Shown here in pieces: positions 17,142-25,355 of a DNA stretch of 64,000 nucleotides. Both the position numbers and the translations under genes were made by a program. The notes beneath the pieces were generated by a model. That model did not search any database, was not told where the DNA came from, and was given only the letters and a program-made list of their open reading frames with translations. The stretch is taken from contig CAWBLF010000003.1 of NCBI GenBank assembly GCA_963789635.1, positions 204,364 to 268,363 on the forward strand. Reading direction: 5' to 3'. Each line of letters starts with the position of its first letter. Within the stretch, counting starts at the first letter, position 1. The DNA comes from an uncultured bacterium (GTDB lineage: Bacteria; Patescibacteriota; Minisyncoccia; Phycocordibacterales; Zambryskibacteraceae).

Positions 17142-17609
17142 ATGAACGAACACTGGACAGAAACGGAAGTGGAGGCCCTAAAAACCGCTGACACTTTTGA
17201 AGAAGTGGCAGAAATAGCGATTACGATACTTTCTCGTATGAGCAAAGCTGGACTAGAAATAGTGCAGATATGCGGGCCAATGTCTACCGGTGGTCTGGGT
17301 AATCTAGCGGACAATATGGCTCGTTTTCAGCTGGCGATTGAAAGAGCATTTGCAAACGGGCTTTTGGTTTTTGACCAGCTCCCGTTTCAAGAAGTAATCA
17401 TCCGTCTCAGTGGATTTCAAGAAGGACGCAGTAATTACAACTGGGATATTCTCGAGATTTTTTATAAGAGAATTTTTGAGTCCGGATATGTGCGTCGAAC
17501 TCTCTTCATTCCTGGCTGGGGTGGATCAACTGGGGCAAGTTGGGAACGCCAAATGGTGACGAAACTTGGGCTTATAGTGGAAGAATACCCAATAGAGTGG
17601 CTCAAATGA
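17142..17609 (+). CDS. hypothetical protein, possibly nucleoside deoxyribosyltransferase-like fold (DUF4406-like)
   Basis: Start chosen at the ATG preceded by GGAGG (track start 17118); ICGPMSTGG resembles the AGPMxG motif of that fold; function call weak. Confidence 0.4.
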   Translation: MNEHWTETEVEALKTADTFEEVAEIAITILSRMSKAGLEIVQICGPMSTGGLGNLADNMARFQLAIERAFANGLLVFDQLPFQEVIIRLSGFQEGRSNYNWDILEIFYKRIFESGYVRRTLFIPGWGGSTGASWERQMVTKLGLIVEEYPIEWLK

Positions 17610-17638
17610 CCCAGACAATTGTCCGGGTCATTGTTTTT
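17607..17638 (+). terminator. rho-independent terminator
   Basis: tgacccagac aatt gtccgggtca (9/10 bp), then ttgttttt. Confidence 0.65.
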
Positions 17639-17684
17639 ACCTTGAAAAATAGTACTTGTAGTGGTTTAATGTTGTGAATAAATC

Positions 17685-18032
17685 ATGAACAGAATTGATG
17701 AATTAACAAAAAGGATAATTGCTTTTAGGGACGCAAGAGATTGGAAACAGTTTCACACTCCCAAAGATGTAGCGCTGTCTCTTGTGCTCGAGGCAACTGA
17801 AGTCATGGAACATTTCCAGTGGAAAAATAAAGAGGAGATGGAGAAATATGTTGTCAAAGCTAGAGCAGAAATAGGTGAGGAGTTAGCCGACGTCCTATAC
17901 TGGGTGCTCCTTATGAGTCACGATCTCAATATTGATGTACTTGATGCACTGGATAAGAAAATGAAAAAGAATGAAGCTAAATATCCGGTCGAAAAAGCAA
18001 AAGGTAAGCATACTAAATACAATAAACTTTAA
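17685..18032 (+). CDS. MazG-like nucleoside triphosphate pyrophosphohydrolase (dCTPase-like)
   Basis: 115 aa all-alpha; RDWKQFHTPK...LEATEV.EHFQW...EELADVLYW motifs typical of small MazG/DCTPP1-like enzymes. Confidence 0.75.
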   Translation: MNRIDELTKRIIAFRDARDWKQFHTPKDVALSLVLEATEVMEHFQWKNKEEMEKYVVKARAEIGEELADVLYWVLLMSHDLNIDVLDALDKKMKKNEAKYPVEKAKGKHTKYNKL

Positions 18033-18034
18033 TT

Positions 18035-20359
18035 ATGAGACTTTATTCAGGATCTTCGACTCAGTTTTTGGATGATACTATCCATAACGAAATTGGTGAC
18101 AAACTTAAAGAGTCTTTTTTCCAATATTTTCGTTACCATCCTTCTCCCAACGAAGTACAATCTTGGAGAAATTCACTCAGAGCAGTATCACAAGTGTTTG
18201 AATATTCCAAACTTGATGACCACGGAGTTATTCTTGAATATCAACTTCCACAAACATCCAAACGTCTCGATTGCATGATAATGGGTAAAGACTTACATGG
18301 AAGTGACCGAGCAGTTATAATTGAGTTAAAGCAATGGGAAAAGTGTGAAGCTTCTGATGGAGAAAATGAAGTTTCAACATGGGTTGGTGGCGGAAAGAGA
18401 GAAGTACTACATCCATCTGTTCAGGTTGGACAATATAAAATGTATTTACAGGATTTACATCCTGCATTTGATGGTGGTAATGCTATTAAACTTGATGCAG
18501 TTTCGTATCTACACAACTACTCTCCTATAAAGAACGATGAATTACTTTCCTCAAAATTTACTGAAAAAATTAAAAATAATCCAATTTTTTGTGCGGATGG
18601 AGTGGACACTTTTAGTGAGTATCTTACGGCCAAGCTTTCAGCTGGTGGAGGGTTACCTATACTTGAGCGTGTTGAAAAAACAGAATATAAGGTGAGCAAG
18701 AAGCTCATGGATCACGTCAGTAAAACGATTAAGGAAAGAAGCGAATATGTACTAATTGACGAGCAACTTGTTGTATATGACAAGGTCATCTCCCTTGTTA
18801 AAAATCAACTTGGTAGCAAAAAGAAGTCAGTTGTAATAATTAGCGGTGGTCCAGGAACAGGGAAGTCAGTAATTGCAATCAATCTCATGGCAGATTTGTT
18901 GAGGTTGGGGTATGACACAAATTATGCTACTGGATCTAAGGCTTTTACAGAAACTCTAAGAAAAAAAATTGGTACACGTGGGGCCGTCCAGTTTAAGTAT
19001 TTTAATAGTTATATGAATTCTAGCAAAGACATTTTGGATGTCCTTATTGCTGACGAAGCACATCGCATTAGAGAGACTAGTAATAATAGGTTTACAAGAA
19101 AAGAAATGCGCTCAGACACCCCGCAAATTGAAGAACTAATAAAGGCGTCAAAAATCGGTGTATTTTTTATTGATGATAATCAAAATGTTCGTCCAAACGA
19201 AACAGGATCAGCAGAGTTTATAAAAGATACGGCAATAAAGATGGGTTGTGATGTTCACGAGTATGAGCTTGAGGCTCAGTTTAGATGCAGTGGTTCTGAC
19301 GCATTTGTAAACTGGGTAAACAATACATTGGGAATAAAACGCACAGCAAATGTCATTTGGGATCAAAAAGAAGAGTTTGACTTTCAAATTGTAGATTCCC
19401 CTCTAGAGCTATATTCAAAAATAAAACAAAAAAGTGATGAAAAAGCAGGTTCAGCCAGACTTGTAGCAGGTTTTTGCTGGCCATGGAGTAATCCAAATTC
19501 AGATGGAACATTAGTAAATGACGTTAAAATTGGTGACTTTCAAATGCCCTGGGAAGGTAAGGACGGGCACAAACTTGCTCCGGGAATACCCCCAGCTTCA
19601 CTATGGCCAAATGATCCAAACGGAGTCAACCAAATAGGTAGTATTTATACGATTCAAGGATTTGAATTTGATTATGTCGGGGTCATTATCGGCCCTGATC
19701 TTGTTTATAATTTTGACAATCAAACATGGATTGCATTAAGAGAAAAATCTGCTGACGGTGTTGTAAAACGTTCTGGAGAAAAACTTGAAGAACTTCTTAA
19801 AAATACATATAGAGTGCTTTTGACTCGAGGAATGAAGGGATGCTATGTATATTTTGTAGATAAAGAAACAGAGAAGTTTTTTAAAAGTAGAATTGAGGGA
19901 ACAAAATCAATGCCAACAATGGTAACTAAGAAGATACCTTCTCCTTTCACAATAGAAATGATTAGAGTTCCTTTGGTCGGATCTGCTCCATGTGGTAATC
20001 CACTTCTTGGCGAAGAGAATATTGAGGAATATATCGAAGTGGAAAAAAATAAAATAAAACCAGGTGCAAAGTATTTCATAGTTAGAGCAAGCGGAGATTC
20101 AATGAATAAGGCGGGAATTAATGATAATGATTTAGTTTTATGTCGTTATTCTGAAAAGGGTGAGACTGGTGATAAGGTGGTTGCTCTTCTTGGTGGTGAA
20201 AATGTAACGATAAAATATTATGACAAAAAGGACGGACGTAGGATTTTGTTACCAAAAAGTACTAATCCTATACATCAACCAATCATTCCAGAAGAAGGAG
20301 ATGTATTACAAGGTATTGTTCAAGAAGTTATAGTTAATCCAGGAGCAGATAATTTATGA
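18035..20359 (+). CDS. DUF2075-type nuclease/P-loop ATPase fused to a C-terminal LexA/UmuD-like S24 peptidase domain
   Basis: N-terminus ILEYQLPQTSKRLDCMIMG...AVIIELKQW (PD-(D/E)xK-like, typical DUF2075 start). Walker A GGPGTGKS, Walker B LIADEAHR, GCYVYFVD tail. C-terminus VPLVGSAPCGNP...RASGDSMNKAGI...VTIKYY. Confidence 0.75.
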   Translation: MRLYSGSSTQFLDDTIHNEIGDKLKESFFQYFRYHPSPNEVQSWRNSLRAVSQVFEYSKLDDHGVILEYQLPQTSKRLDCMIMGKDLHGSDRAVIIELKQWEKCEASDGENEVSTWVGGGKREVLHPSVQVGQYKMYLQDLHPAFDGGNAIKLDAVSYLHNYSPIKNDELLSSKFTEKIKNNPIFCADGVDTFSEYLTAKLSAGGGLPILERVEKTEYKVSKKLMDHVSKTIKERSEYVLIDEQLVVYDKVISLVKNQLGSKKKSVVIISGGPGTGKSVIAINLMADLLRLGYDTNYATGSKAFTETLRKKIGTRGAVQFKYFNSYMNSSKDILDVLIADEAHRIRETSNNRFTRKEMRSDTPQIEELIKASKIGVFFIDDNQNVRPNETGSAEFIKDTAIKMGCDVHEYELEAQFRCSGSDAFVNWVNNTLGIKRTANVIWDQKEEFDFQIVDSPLELYSKIKQKSDEKAGSARLVAGFCWPWSNPNSDGTLVNDVKIGDFQMPWEGKDGHKLAPGIPPASLWPNDPNGVNQIGSIYTIQGFEFDYVGVIIGPDLVYNFDNQTWIALREKSADGVVKRSGEKLEELLKNTYRVLLTRGMKGCYVYFVDKETEKFFKSRIEGTKSMPTMVTKKIPSPFTIEMIRVPLVGSAPCGNPLLGEENIEEYIEVEKNKIKPGAKYFIVRASGDSMNKAGINDNDLVLCRYSEKGETGDKVVALLGGENVTIKYYDKKDGRRILLPKSTNPIHQPIIPEEGDVLQGIVQEVIVNPGADNL

Positions 20360-21057
20360 AAAAAATTCAGGATGACATATTAAGTTATCGGGAAATGTGT
20401 GATGCAGAAAATTCTCAGACAATGCAAAGAGGAATGAATTTTAGAATGAATCCAAATTACTCAGTTATATTAATGTCACAAAGACCAAATGCGCCGTATA
20501 AAGATACAATATATTCAGACGGAATAACAATTGAATATGAGGGACATGATAATACAAGAAGTGGTTTGAACCACGATTCTTCTTTTGACGATCAGTCTTC
20601 GAGATTACCATCCGGAAAATTAACTCAAAATGGGATGTTTATTAATTCAATTGTTGATCATAAAACAAAGAAACTAAAACCTGAATTAGTTAAAGTATAT
20701 GAAAAAATATTACCAGGTACGTGGTCTTTAAAAGGATATTTTGATTTGATTGATTATAAGAAAGTAAATGATGGAAAAAGAAATGTATATAGATTTATTC
20801 TTAAATTATCAGACCGAAAAGAAAATGTAGTAAATTTAAATCAACTCAATATAGAGCATACGAGATTGATACCATCTGAAGTTAAAAGAGAGGTCTGGAA
20901 AAGGGATGGCGGTAAATGTGTTATATGTGGTGATTCAAAAAATCTTCACTTTGATCATGATTTGCCCTTTTCTAAAGGGGGTACGAGTTTGTCTTCTAAA
21001 AATGTACGTTTATTGTGTATGAAACATAATTTACAAAAGTCGGATAAAATTGAATAA
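20356..21057 (+). CDS. HNH endonuclease with SRA/YDG-like N-terminal domain (candidate modification-dependent nuclease)
   Basis: ATGA overlap with the upstream gene. C-terminus CVICGDSKNLHFDHDLPFSKGG...NVRLLCMKHNLQKSDK (McrA-type HNH). N-terminus GMNFR..YSVILMSQ...IEYEGHD...WSLKGYFDLIDYKKVNDGKRNVYRFILKL resembles the SRA pattern. Confidence 0.6.
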   Translation: MKKIQDDILSYREMCDAENSQTMQRGMNFRMNPNYSVILMSQRPNAPYKDTIYSDGITIEYEGHDNTRSGLNHDSSFDDQSSRLPSGKLTQNGMFINSIVDHKTKKLKPELVKVYEKILPGTWSLKGYFDLIDYKKVNDGKRNVYRFILKLSDRKENVVNLNQLNIEHTRLIPSEVKREVWKRDGGKCVICGDSKNLHFDHDLPFSKGGTSLSSKNVRLLCMKHNLQKSDKIE

Positions 21058-21065
21058 TTAAATTT

Positions 21066-21530
21066 ATGAGCATAGATTTTTCAAGAAAATTAATAAAAGG
21101 AAAAATTACAGAGGTTATATTTGAACAAATGATTCGTGAAGAGGGTAAGTACACAGTAATTCCTTTTGGTTATGAGCATACGGTTCCCACCCTGTCACAA
21201 TTTCAGCATTTGGCAGTAGTGAGGCAAATTATGAACAATATTTCTGATGCCCCAGATTTTGCATTAATTTCAGAAGATAAAACAAAGGTTTATCTAGTAG
21301 AGGTAAAATTTCAAAATAAACTCAATATTGAAAAGTTAGAAGAATATGCAACTAAATTACAAGATAGATGGGAATACCCGTGGCTTTTTGTTGCAACACC
21401 AGAAAGATTTTATAACGGATTGTGCAGAGATATTATTAAAGAGAAACGAATTCCTAATTTAACGGAAAATTGGGTTGCTAAAGAACTACAAGATCAATAT
21501 TTAAAATTACTTAATGAATTTGAGAAATAG
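21066..21530 (+). CDS. small PD-(D/E)xK-like (restriction-endonuclease fold) protein
   Basis: 154 aa; E..FE helix, PDFALI, YLVEVKF = D...(D/E)xK arrangement; 8 nt after the HNH gene. Confidence 0.45.
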   Translation: MSIDFSRKLIKGKITEVIFEQMIREEGKYTVIPFGYEHTVPTLSQFQHLAVVRQIMNNISDAPDFALISEDKTKVYLVEVKFQNKLNIEKLEEYATKLQDRWEYPWLFVATPERFYNGLCRDIIKEKRIPNLTENWVAKELQDQYLKLLNEFEK

Positions 21531-21565
21531 AATGAATCAACCCATGATCTAACTAACGAAATATA

Positions 21566-21700
21566 ATGGACGACGAAATATTTGAAAAAGCAAAAGAAGA
21601 GGACTTGAGCCAAGATGAAGCACAGGAATTTCAGGACTTTGTGGATGAAACAGGTTTTGATGTTGATAATGCATACGAGCTTTGGGAAGAGTCACAGTGA
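21566..21700 (+). CDS. 44-aa highly acidic small protein (not in ORF track)
   Basis: MDDEIFEKAKEEDLSQDEAQEFQDFVDETGFDVDNAYELWEESQ; directly followed by a terminator. Confidence 0.35.
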   Translation: MDDEIFEKAKEEDLSQDEAQEFQDFVDETGFDVDNAYELWEESQ

Positions 21701-21710
21701 GCTTACCGAG

Positions 21711-21744
21711 CCCTCCCTTCGGTATTGAGGAGGGAGGGGTTTTT
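21711..21744 (+). terminator. rho-independent terminator (shared with the convergent minus-strand gene)
   Basis: ccctccct ... agggaggg followed by gttttt. Confidence 0.75.
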
Positions 21745-22222
21745 AATAAAGACCAACGGAACGTCGTCTTTCTTTCAAATGTTTGATGTCTTTTGTTGGT
21801 AAAAGTGTACGTTTTTTGTTTTTTACTCTATATTGGGTCCCGTATATTTGGGTCTTACCTTCATGAATCAAAATCCGATCTTGCAAGTATGCAATATTTT
21901 TGACCGACGCATCACCCTTTGGGATTTTTTTCATCATGTTTAGGCACTTCCTTTGAAATCTGACATCGAAATCAGCGTGTTGAACAAGTAGCCAAGCGTT
22001 GTTTGAACCTTTTTTGCCAACTTTAGATATAGTCGGCCAACCGATCTTAGCGATTATTGTTTTCGTTATTTTTGTGTTGGCACGATCTACTGATTGGTCA
22101 AATAGATTCCAGTCTTTCACAGCTTTCTTGCGCATTTTTTGGTCAATCTTGACCATATCATTAATTTTCTTGGCAATCTTAGGATAGAGGATTTTTCTTT
22201 TGTTTAATTTTTTTCTTGGCAT
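21743..22222 (-). CDS. hypothetical protein (only convincing minus-strand gene in the window)
   Basis: 159-aa basic protein, motif NAWLLVQHADFD; no function assigned. Confidence 0.6.
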   Translation of the reverse strand: MPRKKLNKRKILYPKIAKKINDMVKIDQKMRKKAVKDWNLFDQSVDRANTKITKTIIAKIGWPTISKVGKKGSNNAWLLVQHADFDVRFQRKCLNMMKKIPKGDASVKNIAYLQDRILIHEGKTQIYGTQYRVKNKKRTLLPTKDIKHLKERRRSVGLY

Positions 22223-22498
22223 TTAGATCAGATTATATTATTACAGAGAAATATGAATACATTGGGTTCATACAAATATAATCAATATAAATAGTTAAAA
22301 CAAGCATAATTAAGGCCCTCACACCGTTGGATGTGAGGGCCATTGTCAGGCTATTTCTCTGGCAAGCAGTGCATCAATTATCGCGTTGGTTGCACCCTTA
22401 CCGAGTCCTCCCCTCAGTAAATTGAAGTGGTACTCACATATTCTACTAAGGTAAAAATGCAGATGATGCTATAATAAAACTGAAACATTGTAATACTT

Positions 22499-25273
22499 AT
22501 GGACTCAAACTCATTTTCTACGGAGAGGCCTATAACCAATCCAACAGAAGAAAAAAATTTTATAAACCAAGAAGTCGCTCGTCGTGAGGCTATTCGGGTT
22601 TCTGAGGGTGTTCCGCATACTCGCGAAGAAGTCATCGGTGAGACATTGAAGGAATACAAACAAATCCCGTCAAATGAGATATTGCACAAGAGTATGGATG
22701 TCGGTGAGGATATCCACACAATCGTCGGTAATCTTTCTCCAGAGACTCACGACAGGAAGATAGCCGAACTTTTGAAAATTCTCAACACCAAAGGCATCAA
22801 AAATGTAATTTCCGTTATTGAAAAAATGGGCGACGAACATTTGGAGGATGATTTTCATCGTTTTCTCATCCAGTATGTAAAAAAGGGTATGGTCGTCAAA
22901 GGTCTACCGCCCAAAGCTCCCATTTCCAAGGCGCTCCATATGACGCTCTACGAAGTGGTGCTTCCCGAGGTAGACAAGGAAAAAAATCCAGAGCGATTGA
23001 AGGAGTTGGTTTCCGGTATGGAGCAATTTTACGCCGGTATGCTCTCTGTTTCTTCTGACAAAAATCCTGGCGAGCGACATATCGCTTTGGAAATTGTAAA
23101 TAGCAATGGCAGTGAATCAGTCGTATTTTATGTGGCGGTGCCAAATGAAAAGCGTGATTTGTTTGAAAAACAAATTGTTTCTGTTTTTCCCAACGCGCAT
23201 TTTAGTGAAGCCAGTGATGACCACAATATTTTCAACGAGGAGGGAGAATCGGCCGGCTCTGTGGCTGTCTCGGTAGGCAACCCCATTTTCCCGATACGCA
23301 CATATGATTCGTTTGACCATGACCCTATGAACGCGGTCATTCAGGGTTTTTCTAAACTGTCCAAGAATGGTGAGGGAGCTTGTCTTCAGATTTTGATCAA
23401 GCCGGCAGGGGATAGCTACACGAAGTCGTATCAAAAAGCGCTTGTCCAAATCGAAAAAGGTGTTCCGATAAATGAGGCCGCGCCGACCGGTATAGATGTC
23501 AAAGGCGCCATCTTCAGTATTGCCAAAGAAATTTTTTCGTCCGGCAAAAAGAAAGGTGACAAGGAATCCGAAAAGAAACCGCCAAGTCCGGTAGTCATCG
23601 ACGCCATTAACGAAAAAATTTCACGACCCATTACAAGCACCACGATCCGTCTGGTAACTTCGGGAGCATCCAAGGCGCGGGCAGAAGCCATCCTTTCTGA
23701 CCTGGAATCAAACTTTAATCAGTTCAATAATCCTCAAGGCAACTCACTTCGTTTCAACCGGTTCAAAGGAGGCCGACTGACCAAATTTTTCCGTAATTTT
23801 GCTTTTCGATCATACGACCAGACCGAGTCGATACCGCTCAATGTCAAAGAACTTTCCACATTGATGCATTTCCAGACAGGTCTTATAGAAGGGGCGTCTC
23901 AATTGAAGACGGCAAAGTCTGGTGATGCTCCGGCGCCGATGGATTTGCCAAGTGAAGGAACCTTGCTTGGAATAAACACGTACAGAGCCACGGACACAAA
24001 GGTGTTCATTACAGACGAAGACCGTTTGAGGCATATATATACCATCGGGCAGACCGGCACCGGTAAGACGACACTTCTCAAAAATATGATTATTCAGGAT
24101 ATAGAGAAGGGCAACGGCGCCTGCATGATTGACCCTCACGGTTCGGATATTCTCGATGTCTTGGCGCACGTGCCGCCGGAGAGACAAAAAGATGTCATTT
24201 ATTTTGACCCGTCTTACTCGGAGCGACCGATGGGTCTAAACATGCTTGAGTATGACCGCAGCAAACCCGAACAAAAGACTTTTGTGGTGAACGAACTTTT
24301 CAGTATTTTCCAGAAGCTTTACGGAGGCGTGCCGGAGTCTATGGGCCCGATGTTCGAACAATATTTCCGAAACGCCACGATGCTCGTAATTGAAGACCCG
24401 GATACTGGATGCACACTACTTGATGTGTCGCGGGTTATGTCAAACAAAGAATTTCGCCAGATGAAACTTTCGCACTGCAAAAATCCGATTGTTGTCCAAT
24501 TCTGGACGGAAATCGCCGAGAAAGCCGGCGGGGAAGGAGCGCTTGCCAATATCGTGCCTTACATCACCAGTAAGTTCGATGTTTTCTTGGCCAATGACAT
24601 CATGCGACCGATTATCGCGCAGGAAAAATCGGCATTCAATTTTCGCGATATCATGGATAACAAGAAAATTCTCCTCGTCAATCTTTCCAAAGGTCGTCTC
24701 GGTGATATCAACGCCAATCTCATCGGCCTCATACTTGTCGGCAAGATTTTGATGGCTGCGCTTTCGAGGGTGGATATCGTCGGCACAAATTTTGCGCCGT
24801 TTTATTTGTATATTGATGAATTTCAAAATATCACTACACCGTCGATATCTACTATTCTTTCCGAGGCACGCAAATACAAACTTTCACTTTTTATAGCCCA
24901 TCAGTTTATTGGCCAGCTTTCCGATGACATCAAGAACGCGGTGTTCGGTAATGTGGGCAACATGGTCGTGTATCGTGTCGGCGCTGACGATGCGGAATAT
25001 TTGGTCAAACAATTTGAACCGGTATTTACAGCTTCACAAATAATGAATATTGATAATTTCAACGCGCTTATAAAAATGTTGGTACACGGCAAGCCATCAA
25101 AACCCTTCAATATAAAAGCTATGCCATCCCCGCCTCCGACTGGCATTGATGTAGAAGCAGTAAAACAACTTTCATATCTTACATACGGCAGAAACAGAGA
25201 CGAGGTTCAGGCGGAAGTGATGAAGAAATATGAGAAATTGAAACCGCCAGAGTCACAATCCACGGCTTTATAA
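22499..25273 (+). CDS. TraD/VirD4-like (type IV coupling protein-like) FtsK/HerA-superfamily ATPase with a long unknown N-terminal region
   Basis: 924 aa; Walker A GQTGTGKTT, Walker B LYIDEFQN, RKYKLSLFIAHQ arginine-finger-like segment in the C-terminal half. Confidence 0.65.
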   Translation: MDSNSFSTERPITNPTEEKNFINQEVARREAIRVSEGVPHTREEVIGETLKEYKQIPSNEILHKSMDVGEDIHTIVGNLSPETHDRKIAELLKILNTKGIKNVISVIEKMGDEHLEDDFHRFLIQYVKKGMVVKGLPPKAPISKALHMTLYEVVLPEVDKEKNPERLKELVSGMEQFYAGMLSVSSDKNPGERHIALEIVNSNGSESVVFYVAVPNEKRDLFEKQIVSVFPNAHFSEASDDHNIFNEEGESAGSVAVSVGNPIFPIRTYDSFDHDPMNAVIQGFSKLSKNGEGACLQILIKPAGDSYTKSYQKALVQIEKGVPINEAAPTGIDVKGAIFSIAKEIFSSGKKKGDKESEKKPPSPVVIDAINEKISRPITSTTIRLVTSGASKARAEAILSDLESNFNQFNNPQGNSLRFNRFKGGRLTKFFRNFAFRSYDQTESIPLNVKELSTLMHFQTGLIEGASQLKTAKSGDAPAPMDLPSEGTLLGINTYRATDTKVFITDEDRLRHIYTIGQTGTGKTTLLKNMIIQDIEKGNGACMIDPHGSDILDVLAHVPPERQKDVIYFDPSYSERPMGLNMLEYDRSKPEQKTFVVNELFSIFQKLYGGVPESMGPMFEQYFRNATMLVIEDPDTGCTLLDVSRVMSNKEFRQMKLSHCKNPIVVQFWTEIAEKAGGEGALANIVPYITSKFDVFLANDIMRPIIAQEKSAFNFRDIMDNKKILLVNLSKGRLGDINANLIGLILVGKILMAALSRVDIVGTNFAPFYLYIDEFQNITTPSISTILSEARKYKLSLFIAHQFIGQLSDDIKNAVFGNVGNMVVYRVGADDAEYLVKQFEPVFTASQIMNIDNFNALIKMLVHGKPSKPFNIKAMPSPPPTGIDVEAVKQLSYLTYGRNRDEVQAEVMKKYEKLKPPESQSTAL

Positions 25274-25355
25274 ATTTATTGTTTAAAAATATAGCCACAT
25301 GTGCTATACCTAGTTGAGAACTGCACAACCACCGATTCATCCATATGGAGGACTG

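Noticed and set aside
22314-22341. Hairpin ggccctcaca...tgtgagggcc as a terminator
   Set aside because: It has no U-tract on the plus strand and only a weak T-rich tail on the minus strand, and no gene ends next to it. It is mentioned only as part of the putative inserted segment.
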